Shown here piece by piece: positions 1 to 8,982 of a stretch of DNA of 64,000 bases (positions are counted from its first letter, which is position 1; each line of letters opens with the position of its first letter). The notes below the pieces were generated by a model. It saw only the letters and a list, made by a program, of their open reading frames with translations, was not told the origin of the DNA and ran no database searches. Source of the stretch: Candidatus Omnitrophota bacterium (lineage in GTDB: Bacteria; Omnitrophota; Gorgyraeia; Zapsychrales; Fredricksoniimonadaceae); contig PEAF01000005.1 in the NCBI GenBank assembly GCA_002753465.1, positions 867 through 64,866 of the forward strand, given 5' to 3'. The translations under genes were made by a program, and so were the position numbers.

Positions 1-2672
1 ACAAACTCGTCACCTTTATCGGGTAGATTATTGCCATTCTTATCAACAAAGGCTACCCCGTAAATACCCGATGAGGTGGTAAGGCCAAAGTCTGCGCGAT
101 TAACCTGCCCCGGACGAATAACTATCCTGTAAGAGGTCGCTGTCGAGAAAGAGAACCCGGACGGCAGCGATTCAAATACAGGCCTGACCAACACTTTTTT
201 CGCCCTGACATTTACCTTGTATTGACCCTGGGCATCTGTAACAACTTCCTTGTCGCCAACCTTGATCTTGACGCCCGCAATGCCTTTTTCTTCAGACTTC
301 TTTACGCCATCTGCATCCATATCTTTGAAAACGACGCCCGACACAACACCTTCCGGATCCCATGACAACGGCATACCCCAGTTCATCCGCATCCCGCAGT
401 GCACATCCATGTCGTTGTACGAGGGATTAGCCAGGGCCTTCGGCCAAACCTTACGCACACCTCCATCCAGAAAATAGCTAACATCTTTATTAGGACGATA
501 ATCAACGCCCGCTGAGGCACTCAAACTATCTTCACCGGCAAGAAAGCTATTAATGCTTTTAAAATTCTTTTCCTTGCGGTAGGTCAGGTTAAAATTACCG
601 GATGTTTTATCATTAAAGCTGCTATACGCCGATAAGCCTGTATAGAAAACGCCGGGATTTGAACGCTCGCCTGAAAATGTATCACTAAGCCAGGTGTATT
701 CATAATTAGCGTTATAAGACAGCCAGGTCAATAATGGCAACTGCATCCCCGTAATAGCAGAGGTACGGTCATATTCGGAAAGAGGGGATTCCGCATACCT
801 GACCCGTTGACGCACCATACCCGTATAAACACTGCCGACTCGCCCGCCCCACACATCCAGACTGCGCATAAGCCGCGTTGTTACCTGTGTATTCCTGCGC
901 GGAGAAAGATCCTGTTGCGTATCCACATAATGCGCATTCATATCGACCATGTACCGTTTATTCAGAGGAATGCGCACCATAGCGGTGGTATCGAAATTCT
1001 GGCCGTTAGGATTCTCAGGATTAAAATAGATACGGTTTTGATAAACATCAATGATCGTATTAACACTTAACTTTTCCAGATCCGTATCTGTTGTCCATAG
1101 AGCCCCGATCTCTCCCTGAGCCGACCCAGAGCCTATAACCGTCGCATAACTGCGACTGATATCCCTCGCGCTGACCGCCGTCTGAAATGCCCCGTTCTTC
1201 CATTTAATGCCTCCCATAGCGGCATTGTGCGAGGCGTCATTGCGTGCCAGTTCGGCATTGAGCGTAACTTTATCGATCGTACGCGTGCCCTCAATAGAAT
1301 ATGCTTTATTAGCGACCGATGGGCTCCTGTCGGAACCATATGACTCCGCGTAATTAAGCGCCAGATAATTGGCTTTATCTTTAGGGAATAAGATCATCCT
1401 GAAGCCGTTAACATAAGATTTCAATGCCCTGGCAGACCCTAATGAAAAGCCGCCGAAGATCGGCTGCAGCTGGCCGTGTGTGACCGCAAGCCCTACCGCA
1501 TCCTGAAATAAATTCACGTCCACGAACTGTCCGCGTAAATACATTGAAGGCAAAGTCAGTGATGACTGCCCGCGCAGCGCATCAAAAAGACGCACATTCA
1601 GATCACGTGTCCCGGGTACGGGAACCTGCGCCAACCCAACCGTATATGTGGGAACAGATTTAATTGGATTAAACCCTGTCAGGGATGCCGAGGCATCCAT
1701 GTTCCCGTATGGCGTCTGCCCTTCTGTCCCCACCTGCTCGTAAAACGTCAGCCCTCGGCGCCTTAGGTCGCTCACCTGAGGGCCTGTGTAATATGACGTC
1801 CAGTCATTGGAATATTTCAAACGGAAAGGTGCCGCATGCTCAACTGGGCCTTCAGCCAAAGCCATGTCCTCTAACGTAATGATCGGCAGGATAACCTCAA
1901 TATAAATCGTCTTACGCCCCAGCACATCCCAGATATGCAAGAAAGTACCGCCCCTGAGTTTGCCATCGATCTGAATGCGGTCTCTGGAAACTTGTTTGGC
2001 CGCAATAAATAGAGGATCGATCACCAGGAATTTCTCTATATCCTTACCTTCAATGATAACCGAATGCTGGAACGCAACGCGCACCGTCGGCTTCTGAGGA
2101 TTGGCTTTAAGAATATCATCAACCGTGATCACATCGATCGGAGCATTCTCTTTCTTATCCGCGCCGTGAACAATGCTGGCCGCTTTAGCCGATTGCATGA
2201 TCTTTCCTGCTGAAGGAGCGGCAGTACCCGATCCGGGTTCAAAGACAATCTTAGCCTTGATAGCGGTTGCCGCCTGGAACTGGTCGAGCGCATCAAAAAT
2301 AGCATACGCCCTTTCTGTATCATCCGTCGAAGCGGTACTCTCGTTGAGATAATCAACCTCATTGGAGGGATTCAACATTGACAAATACCGCAGGGGTTCC
2401 TCAGCAGACGGCTCCACTAAATGCGCTTGTTTAAAAAAATAGATCGCTTCCTGGTCGTCGTGCTGCGCCAAAGCCTTGACGCCTTCAGAAACCAGAAATT
2501 TATACCCAATGGAATAATCTTGTGAAGATTGTGAACGTGGAGGGATAAAGCAGGTGATCAAACAAATGAATAAAGAAAAGCGTATGAAAGAAGGCGTAAA
2601 GAAAAGAAATGCAAGGAAACCTGGACGGTTTTTATTATTTAACAGTCCCGATCGTAAGGGCTCCGGAAGCAT
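1..2672 (-). CDS. Large outer-membrane beta-barrel protein, usher-like; 3' end runs off the window (not in the supplied ORF track)
   Basis: My own minus-strand translation is open from ATG at 2672-2670 to position 1 (>890 codons). The N-terminus is basic then hydrophobic (NNKNRPGFLAFLFFTPSFIRFSLFICLITCF). A TPR-like helix pair follows (QHDDQEAIYFFKQAHLVEPSAEEPLRYL). VRVAFQHSVIIEGKDIEKFLVIDPLFIAAKQVSRDRIQIDGKLRGGTFLHIWDVLGRKTIYIEV resembles the pilus-formation N-terminal domain of CpaC/RcpA. Then come about 550 aa of Y/F/N/G-rich alternating strands typical of a big barrel. The C-terminal part has GVVFKDMDADGVKKSEEKGIAGVKIKVGDKEVVTDAQGQYKV and GVAFVDKNGNNLPDKGDEF, which look like SdrD-B/Cna-B-type repeats. 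The start overlaps the upstream gene by 38 nt and has a weak RBS. Confidence 0.6.
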   Translation of the reverse strand, partial: MLPEPLRSGLLNNKNRPGFLAFLFFTPSFIRFSLFICLITCFIPPRSQSSQDYSIGYKFLVSEGVKALAQHDDQEAIYFFKQAHLVEPSAEEPLRYLSMLNPSNEVDYLNESTASTDDTERAYAIFDALDQFQAATAIKAKIVFEPGSGTAAPSAGKIMQSAKAASIVHGADKKENAPIDVITVDDILKANPQKPTVRVAFQHSVIIEGKDIEKFLVIDPLFIAAKQVSRDRIQIDGKLRGGTFLHIWDVLGRKTIYIEVILPIITLEDMALAEGPVEHAAPFRLKYSNDWTSYYTGPQVSDLRRRGLTFYEQVGTEGQTPYGNMDASASLTGFNPIKSVPTYTVGLAQVPVPGTRDLNVRLFDALRGQSSLTLPSMYLRGQFVDVNLFQDAVGLAVTHGQLQPIFGGFSLGSARALKSYVNGFRMILFPKDKANYLALNYAESYGSDRSPSVANKAYSIEGTRTIDKVTLNAELARNDASHNAAMGGIKWKNGAFQTAVSARDISRSYATVIGSGSAQGEIGALWTTDTDLEKLSVNTIIDVYQNRIYFNPENPNGQNFDTTAMVRIPLNKRYMVDMNAHYVDTQQDLSPRRNTQVTTRLMRSLDVWGGRVGSVYTGMVRQRVRYAESPLSEYDRTSAITGMQLPLLTWLSYNANYEYTWLSDTFSGERSNPGVFYTGLSAYSSFNDKTSGNFNLTYRKEKNFKSINSFLAGEDSLSASAGVDYRPNKDVSYFLDGGVRKVWPKALANPSYNDMDVHCGMRMNWGMPLSWDPEGVVSGVVFKDMDADGVKKSEEKGIAGVKIKVGDKEVVTDAQGQYKVNVRAKKVLVRPVFESLPSGFSFSTATSYRIVIRPGQVNRADFGLTTSSGIYGVAFVDKNGNNLPDKGDEF

Positions 2673-3447
2673 CTTTTGTAAGCCCGACTTCTTTAACAAC
2701 AACATTACCTTCCTCGTAATCCGCATTAATGACCATACTATAATCACCTGGATCAAGCGTTGCTGGCAGCGGGATCGTCCAATTAGCTGACACGCCCGAC
2801 GGCACATAAAGCTTTTTGATCTCACCGCGGTCAACGACAAGGCCATCAGCACTCATAATATAGTAGGTGATCTGCGGGATCAGGATCACACTGCTCATAT
2901 TATGGAACTCGCCGGTCAATGTGGCAACATCTTGTTTCAAATTCTTCAGGTCAGCTTTCTTTTCAATACCCTTAGGCTCGATAAAAAAAAGGGATCCCAC
3001 ACGCGTGATGATACTCATCCCTGTCGAATCTTTATAAGGTTCAGAAGTACGTTCAAAGAACATCACACCATAACGGCCAGCATTGAAATCCGCAGGAACG
3101 GTAACAATACACTCGATATCCTTCTTACTTAATGGAGGTAAGATGAATTCCTGGGCAGGAAAAGAAACCATGGAAGCCGCTGAAGTAGCAATGCCTGTGC
3201 CTACCGGGAAGAAGGTCTTCTCCCCACCGTAAGGCGGCTGGTACTCGAAATCTTCCCAGTAAACCTTCACACGCTGTTCTTCATTAGTTGTATTGTGGAC
3301 GGTAATGATCTGATTGATACGCTCCCCGCCGGAGACAGTCATGACCAGTTTGCCTTGTTCAACAAGGAGCTGCGCATGAGCTGTACCGGCAAGGAGAGCA
3401 GTAAACGCCAGAATAAAAATATTCAGTTTGATGAATTTTCTTATCAT
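2635..3447 (-). CDS. Secreted two-domain Ig-like protein, PapD-like periplasmic chaperone candidate
   Basis: 270 aa. Signal peptide MIRKFIKLNIFILAFTALLAGTAHA. The first lobe has a PapD-like pattern (ERINQIITVHNTTNEEQRVKVYWEDFEY ... GRYGVMFFERTSEP ... ITRVGSLFFIEPKG). The second beta-rich lobe reads YYIMSADGLVVDRGEIKKLYVPSGVSANWTIPLPATLDPGDYSMVINADY. It sits between pilin-like genes and the barrel gene. Confidence 0.45.
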   Translation of the reverse strand: MIRKFIKLNIFILAFTALLAGTAHAQLLVEQGKLVMTVSGGERINQIITVHNTTNEEQRVKVYWEDFEYQPPYGGEKTFFPVGTGIATSAASMVSFPAQEFILPPLSKKDIECIVTVPADFNAGRYGVMFFERTSEPYKDSTGMSIITRVGSLFFIEPKGIEKKADLKNLKQDVATLTGEFHNMSSVILIPQITYYIMSADGLVVDRGEIKKLYVPSGVSANWTIPLPATLDPGDYSMVINADYEEGNVVVKEVGLTKDASGALTIGTVK

Positions 3448-3471
3448 CGTATCAACAATACTTTACTGTAA

Positions 3472-4095
3472 TTACACAGCCGTCGCGGTGACCGTCAATG
3501 TGCCGGAATAAGCACCAGCAGCATCGGCGTTAGTGAACATTTCAGCTCCGGTGACCTGTTTCGGATCGCCAGCGAAATTAACACCAACATATGCCCTCAA
3601 CCATCCGCCATTTGTCTGAGCCGTCGTGAAAGTCTCATTCGCGAGATCCTTCAGCAACTTCTTACCGTTGGCATCACCATGCGTAGCAATGACAGCTTCT
3701 GTTTCCGTGGTGCCTGACAATGTAACCTTGAAGAATGTTCCAGTTGTCTTCCAACCTAAACCATGCCCCGTACCGTTAGGATTGTTGCCTTCAGCATAAG
3801 TCATGACAACATTCAAACCAGCTCCCGTTGCACCCGTGTCGATCACAAAGTAGTGGTCAGGAAGATAATTACCGAGGGCCGTGTTATACGTCATCGGATC
3901 CATGGCCAACTGATTGTTAATAACTGGGGAACGGCTGGCAGAATTGGCCGAAAGCACGCTGGTCGCAGAGACCGTAACATTGCTGACCTTGTTGATCGTT
4001 GCCGAAACCGTAAAAGGTACAACCACCGCGTTAGCGGGTACTGTCTGCACCGCGAAAAACAGTGCTGCCATTGACGCAAAAAATACTTTCTTCAT
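3472..4095 (-). CDS. Secreted pilin-like subunit candidate
   Basis: 207 aa. Signal peptide MKKVFFASMAALFFAVQTVPANA. T/S/A/G/N-rich beta-type composition. The C-terminus AAGAYSGTLTVTATAV resembles the aG-Y-G-hydrophobic-alternating ending of fimbrial, SCPU and DUF4402-type subunits. Good SD (AGGAG at 4106-4102, 6 nt from the ATG). Confidence 0.45.
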   Translation of the reverse strand: MKKVFFASMAALFFAVQTVPANAVVVPFTVSATINKVSNVTVSATSVLSANSASRSPVINNQLAMDPMTYNTALGNYLPDHYFVIDTGATGAGLNVVMTYAEGNNPNGTGHGLGWKTTGTFFKVTLSGTTETEAVIATHGDANGKKLLKDLANETFTTAQTNGGWLRAYVGVNFAGDPKQVTGAEMFTNADAAGAYSGTLTVTATAV

Positions 4096-4226
4096 AATCT
4101 ACTCCTTTTTTCATTGATTCATTCTTGATTAATAGACTTTTCCTGGACCTTATTGTATTTCTTGATCTCAAGGGGTAATTAATTATAAAGTGAAACCTTG
4201 AAGTGTTCGCGAAAGAAATAAGGGTA

Positions 4227-5594
4227 CTAATTCTGATCTAATGAAAACCTCATGGGAGCCAGAAAATTGCCAGCATTCATTTGAGAATAACTTTCCAACC
4301 GATACTGCACTTTAAACGCGGCCGGGCTTCCCTGCCCATCCGATACATAGATCGGATATTCTCCAACTGCCAAAGGAGAAAATTCAGTGAACTTTGTCTT
4401 GCCTTTCTGCCCCTGCGGGAGCACTACTTTAATTAAAAAATGATTGTTATCTAATTGATTACCTTTTTCATTTGTTAAAGGCGCTAGCATAGCCTGTGTT
4501 ACAGAATAAGGCTTATGTAAATTGGTTTTAACGGCAACACTTATCTCATGATCTTCAGGTTGATTAGTCACACTTACGTTCTTAAAACTTACACCTTCTG
4601 GGGGCATACTTGCTTCAATAGTGAAAACCGGTTGCATCTGAAATTCCACGTAAACTGAAAATTCCTGTCTATTGCTGTCAGATTCGACCGTATATTTCAA
4701 TTGCCCGGTATACGTACCGGCGTTCTGCTCAAGGATATTCTCTAAAACCGGCATGAACTTGATGTCAAGCTCTCCCTGAGAAACTCGCCCGGAGAAAATC
4801 ATATCCCTTTGGCTGTTGCGCACTATCCCCTGTGTCATCATACCGGAAATAAGTTCCTCATTTCCACTGGCCACAAACTTCAATACTCCAGCTTTGAGCT
4901 CCTCAGCCTGCTGATTCTGAGGTATAACCGCAACTTCTTGATAAATTCGAACGTTATTACCCGTGCCACCCGTAAATGAAATCCTGACCCCATCAGCTGC
5001 CTGCAGGTCACTGTCTGAATCTTTAACAATGATCCTTGAATCCGCCTTCAATCCGCGTACCTCAGCACTCAAAGCGCTCCGCTGGCTTTCCAGGAACAGA
5101 TTAAGCATTTGCTGGCTCTGGGCGCCGTCATTGGAACGCACAAAATACAAAATATTAGAACGAAAATTCCCTCCGGCATTTCTCTTTTGAGACATTGTTG
5201 AATACGCTACCGCAAAAGAATCACTGTCCCCAGATGTTCCGGACGTGTATAGGAGCTGATCAGCCATGCTCAATGGTTCGGCGCTTTGTAAATACAATGT
5301 GCCTCCCGTATTTGAGTTGTATTCCGTGATCGTTTGTAAGCCTGACAAATCGCCTACCTCACCTTTTTCATTAACCAGAGGTTCCATGACACGCTGAAAA
5401 ACCTGATAACGGCTTGCATCTGTTGATGTGACTCTTACACGAACGTTCTTCACTATATTAATGTCAGAAAAGCCCTGTTTAAGCCTGACCTCATTCGTTC
5501 CATCAAAAGGAACAACGCTAATACTGACAGCTGCCAATAATGGCACAGTTGAAAGCATAAATACTAGAAATGTTAAATAAAGAGGTTTTTTCAA
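4227..5594 (-). CDS. Secreted protein built of three tandem pilin-like modules (tip/adhesin or polymer subunit candidate)
   Basis: 455 aa, TTG start. Signal peptide MKKPLYLTFLVFMLSTVPLLAA. There are three modules of about 140-150 aa. Each has a core like RYQVFQRVMEPLVNEKGE / VRIYQEVAVIPQNQQAEE / YSVTQAMLAPLTNEKGNQ. Each ends NAGGNFRSNILYFV / NAGTYTGQLKYTV / NAGNFLAPMRFSL. Confidence 0.5.
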   Translation of the reverse strand: MKKPLYLTFLVFMLSTVPLLAAVSISVVPFDGTNEVRLKQGFSDINIVKNVRVRVTSTDASRYQVFQRVMEPLVNEKGEVGDLSGLQTITEYNSNTGGTLYLQSAEPLSMADQLLYTSGTSGDSDSFAVAYSTMSQKRNAGGNFRSNILYFVRSNDGAQSQQMLNLFLESQRSALSAEVRGLKADSRIIVKDSDSDLQAADGVRISFTGGTGNNVRIYQEVAVIPQNQQAEELKAGVLKFVASGNEELISGMMTQGIVRNSQRDMIFSGRVSQGELDIKFMPVLENILEQNAGTYTGQLKYTVESDSNRQEFSVYVEFQMQPVFTIEASMPPEGVSFKNVSVTNQPEDHEISVAVKTNLHKPYSVTQAMLAPLTNEKGNQLDNNHFLIKVVLPQGQKGKTKFTEFSPLAVGEYPIYVSDGQGSPAAFKVQYRLESYSQMNAGNFLAPMRFSLDQN

Positions 5595-5629
5595 TGTATT
5601 TCAGATTCGATCAATTTTTTCTATACGTT

Positions 5630-5658
5630 ATTTTAACATATTGTTACATGCATTTCAA
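5630..5658 (-). promoter_or_regulatory. Sigma70-like promoter for the fibre locus
   Basis: Minus strand reads TTGAAA (5658-5653), a 17-nt spacer, then TAAAAT (5635-5630), about 35 nt upstream of the 5594 start. Confidence 0.4.
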
Positions 5659-5669
5659 GACAGAGCCTC

Positions 5670-5693
5670 AAAATAAATGCCAAATAATGGCAT
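5670..5693 (-). terminator. Weak intrinsic terminator candidate after the PilZ gene
   Basis: Minus strand: AUGCCA-UUAUU-UGGCAU (6-bp stem) followed by UUAUUUU, 17 nt after the PilZ stop. Confidence 0.3.
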
Positions 5694-5709
5694 AAAACTA
5701 TAATTCTGA

Positions 5710-6069
5710 TCAAATTATGTGCTTTTTGGCGCTTCTGGCTTGAATTTTAGGCTGTACATACTTGACCCCCACGTCAAAAGATCTTGGGCCATTCTCAATA
5801 ATACGCATGATCTTGGCCTTGCCGACAAAAATATCGATCATTCCAGACATAACAACATGCAGTTCAAGGACAGCTCCGATACGATAAGGAACATCGCTTA
5901 GGAACAAAAGGCCGCTGTGACTCATATTCTTGGTCGTTGAAAGACTCCAGTCAGAAAGGTCATGCCTGCTCCCGTTCTTAAAAAGACGATGGCTGATGGC
6001 CACAACACGATCAGCGCGATCGCCCCTGCGGCGTTCAACAGCAACATCTTGAATAACTTCTTTGCGCAT
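5710..6069 (-). CDS. PilZ-domain (c-di-GMP-binding) protein
   Basis: RxxxR motif in ERRRGDRADR and D/NxSxxG motif in NMSHSGLLF. The ORF track starts at a GTG (6087). ATG at 6069 preceded by GGAGAGG is the more likely start. Confidence 0.65.
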   Translation of the reverse strand: MRKEVIQDVAVERRRGDRADRVVAISHRLFKNGSRHDLSDWSLSTTKNMSHSGLLFLSDVPYRIGAVLELHVVMSGMIDIFVGKAKIMRIIENGPRSFDVGVKYVQPKIQARSAKKHII

Positions 6070-6089
6070 ATTCCTCTCCGTTGTCACGA

Positions 6090-7475
6090 TCAGATCATTT
6101 GGGACGGTTGAACGAACTTGTCGAAATCCTGCGCTGACATCAAGCCCAGCGCCTCGGTCGCGGCCTTAAGGGTGATACCTTCATCATGGGCTTTTTTGGC
6201 AACCTTGGCGGCATTATCATACCCGATATGAGGGGTCAGCGCCGTCACCAGCATCAATGAATTATTCAAATGCCGGTGGATGCGCCCGGCGTCAACCTTG
6301 ATCCCCGTTACGCAATTATCAGAAAAACTGTTCACGGCATCCGCCAAAAGACGGATGGACTGAAGTACATTAAAGATAATCACCGGCTTATACACATTAA
6401 GTTCAAAATTCCCCGATGCGCCCGCCATGGTCACCGTTGTATCGTTACCCATGACCTGGACACAAACCATGGTCATCGCTTCAGACTGCGTGGGATTGAC
6501 CTTGCCTGGCATAATGGAACTGCCGGGCTCATTCTCAGGGAGAATGAGCTCACCGATCCCGCAACGCGGTCCTGAAGCCAGCCAGCGCACATCATTGGCG
6601 ATCTTCATCAGTGAACAGGCGATAACCTTCAAAGCACCCGAAAGCTCAACCATGGCATCATGACTGGCTAACCCCTCAAACTTGTTACGCCCCGTAATAA
6701 AAGGCAACCCCGTGATCTGCGCGATCAAGCCAGCCGATGTCACCGCAAAGTCCTTATGGGTATTAAGTCCCGTACCCACAGCGGTCCCGCCAAGAGCGAG
6801 CTCCATCAAGCGTGGATCAACCGATCTCAAGCGCTCAATACTATTGGCAACCTGACGCACATACCCAGAAAATTCCTGACCCAAAGTCAACGGCGTCGCA
6901 TCCATCAAGTGCGTACGTCCGATCTTAACCGTATCGTTAAATTGTACGGCTTTAGTCTGCAGCACCGCCTGTAACTTGACAAGCGCTGGAATCAAATCCG
7001 AATGAACAGCCTGAGCTGCCGCCACATGCATGGCTGTTGGAAATACATCGTTGGACGACTGACCTTTATTAACATCATCATTCGGGTGCACCGGGGACTT
7101 TGACCCCATGCTGCCCCCCATAACAACACACGCCCGGTTAGCAATGACCTCGTTCACGTTCATATTCGTCTGCGTACCGCTACCCGTCTGCCATACGACC
7201 AAAGGGAAATGCCCTTCAAACTTACCTTCGATCACCTCATCCGCCGCCTTGACGATCGCTTCGACTTTCTTGCTGTCGAGAACACCCAGACGTCCATTGG
7301 CTATCGCCGCGGCTTTTTTGACGATGGCCATAGCATGGATAAAAGAGGACGGGAACCGCTCGCCGCCGATCTTAAAATTCTCCAGTGAACGCTGCGTCTG
7401 CGCACCGTAGAATTTATCGGCAGGAACCTTTACTTCGCCCATGCTGTCTGATTCAATGCGATGATCCATATTCAC
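6090..7475 (-). CDS. fumC: Class II fumarate hydratase
   Basis: 461 aa. [23 protein letters not shown] at the N-terminus and the fumarate-lyase signature [16 protein letters not shown]. Confidence 0.95.
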   Translation of the reverse strand: MNMDHRIESDSMGEVKVPADKFYGAQTQRSLENFKIGGERFPSSFIHAMAIVKKAAAIANGRLGVLDSKKVEAIVKAADEVIEGKFEGHFPLVVWQTGSGTQTNMNVNEVIANRACVVMGGSMGSKSPVHPNDDVNKGQSSNDVFPTAMHVAAAQAVHSDLIPALVKLQAVLQTKAVQFNDTVKIGRTHLMDATPLTLGQEFSGYVRQVANSIERLRSVDPRLMELALGGTAVGTGLNTHKDFAVTSAGLIAQITGLPFITGRNKFEGLASHDAMVELSGALKVIACSLMKIANDVRWLASGPRCGIGELILPENEPGSSIMPGKVNPTQSEAMTMVCVQVMGNDTTVTMAGASGNFELNVYKPVIIFNVLQSIRLLADAVNSFSDNCVTGIKVDAGRIHRHLNNSLMLVTALTPHIGYDNAAKVAKKAHDEGITLKAATEALGLMSAQDFDKFVQPSQMI

Positions 7476-7516
7476 CTTTTAAATGGCTTTGCTTAACAAG
7501 GCCCCGAAAATCAATG

Positions 7517-8974
7517 TTAAGACTTCTTGATCATATCAACTAACAGGCGCACGCCAAAACCTGTAGCGCCATGCCCGTAATACATGCGGCTATCCCCGTC
7601 GACAAAAGCGGTTCCTGCAATATCCAGATGCGCCCAGGGCGTTTCACCCACAAACTGCTGGAGGAATGCCGCCGCCGTAAGGGTACCAGCAGAACCGCGT
7701 TGATTGCTGATATTCTTCACATCCGCGATCTTCGACTTGATCATGTCCTTAAGCTCAGGGTACAGCGGCAAACGCCACGTACGGTCATCTGTCGCCGCCG
7801 CACTGGCCGTCACAGCATCAGCCCACACATCGTTGTTAGACATTAACCCGGCATAATCATGCCCAAGGGCCACAACACACGCCCCTGTCAACGTCGCCAG
7901 GTCAACGAGCCTGGCAGGTTTGTATTTATCAATGACATAAGCGATAACATCCGCCAGGACCAAACGCCCTTCGGCATCAGTATTGCCGATCTCAACTGAC
8001 TTGCCGGAATAACCAACGAACACATCGCCAGGCTTATAGGCATTGGCATCTATAGCATTCTCCGTGGCGCCAAAAGCAAAAATAATGTTCTTTTTAAGTT
8101 TAAGCTGCAGCGTCGCCTTAAGCGCACCGATAACAGCGGCCGCGCCGCTCATATCAGAACGCATGGTCTCAATGCTGCCGCTGGGCTTTAAATTCAACCC
8201 GCCCGAATCAAAGGTCAGCCCTTTACCCACGATGGCTGTATACGATTCGCCCTTTTTACCGCCGTTATAGCGAACAATGACGACGCGGGGTGCCTGGGAA
8301 CTTCCTTTATTGACCGCCAAGAGAAGCCCAAACTTCTTCTCCTCCAGCTTCTTTCTGCCCAGGATCTCGGTCTCAACATCAATACGCCCCTTAACCAAAC
8401 CAAGAACAGTCTTTTCAAGATACTCCGCCGTCACAACATCAGCATTTTCATTGACCAGATCCCGCGCAAGGTTCACGCATTCGGCAACCAAAACAGTTTC
8501 AGGACATTCCTGACTGCCGGCTGTCACGATATGGAGCGTTTTATTCTCGATCGTCTTGTCATCCTTCTTGCGCGAAATATATTTCTTCCAGGAATAGGTT
8601 CCGATAACCTTCGCCTCGATCAAGGCACGTATAACCTCCAGGCTATCCTGATGCGCCTGGATCTCGATATCGGCCGCTTTCTTGAAATACGGCGCCATAA
8701 GCGCGCGCCGGACAAGTCCGCGCAACACGGTCATGTTAAGTTCTTTTTCTTTACCCAACCCCAAAAGGACGACACAGCATTTTCCGATGATCAAAGGCAA
8801 TACTTCACCTTTACCGCCTTCGAAACATTCTGACTTTAAAACATCATTGACCCTGAGCGCGACGTCTTTTGAAGAACAGACGAATTTGCCGGCCTTGGCC
8901 TGTTCGGACGTTAAAAGAACAAGCGCGCTGCCTTTATCGAACATCATCTTTGATGAAAACTTGATCACAAGCAA
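7517..8974 (-). CDS. pepA: Leucyl aminopeptidase (M17)
   Basis: 485 aa. VGKGLTFDSGG and NTDAEGRLVLAD motifs. The exact start is uncertain. Confidence 0.9.
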   Translation of the reverse strand: MLVIKFSSKMMFDKGSALVLLTSEQAKAGKFVCSSKDVALRVNDVLKSECFEGGKGEVLPLIIGKCCVVLLGLGKEKELNMTVLRGLVRRALMAPYFKKAADIEIQAHQDSLEVIRALIEAKVIGTYSWKKYISRKKDDKTIENKTLHIVTAGSQECPETVLVAECVNLARDLVNENADVVTAEYLEKTVLGLVKGRIDVETEILGRKKLEEKKFGLLLAVNKGSSQAPRVVIVRYNGGKKGESYTAIVGKGLTFDSGGLNLKPSGSIETMRSDMSGAAAVIGALKATLQLKLKKNIIFAFGATENAIDANAYKPGDVFVGYSGKSVEIGNTDAEGRLVLADVIAYVIDKYKPARLVDLATLTGACVVALGHDYAGLMSNNDVWADAVTASAAATDDRTWRLPLYPELKDMIKSKIADVKNISNQRGSAGTLTAAAFLQQFVGETPWAHLDIAGTAFVDGDSRMYYGHGATGFGVRLLVDMIKKS

Positions 8975-8982
8975 CTCCCTGA

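Noticed and set aside
5677-5693. Sigma54-like element TGGCAT-N5-TTGA upstream of the fibre locus
   Set aside because: The -12 element lacks the conserved GC (TTGA instead of TTGC). The same bases form a hairpin with a U-tail that is better read as a weak terminator for the PilZ gene. A good sigma70-type promoter lies just downstream.
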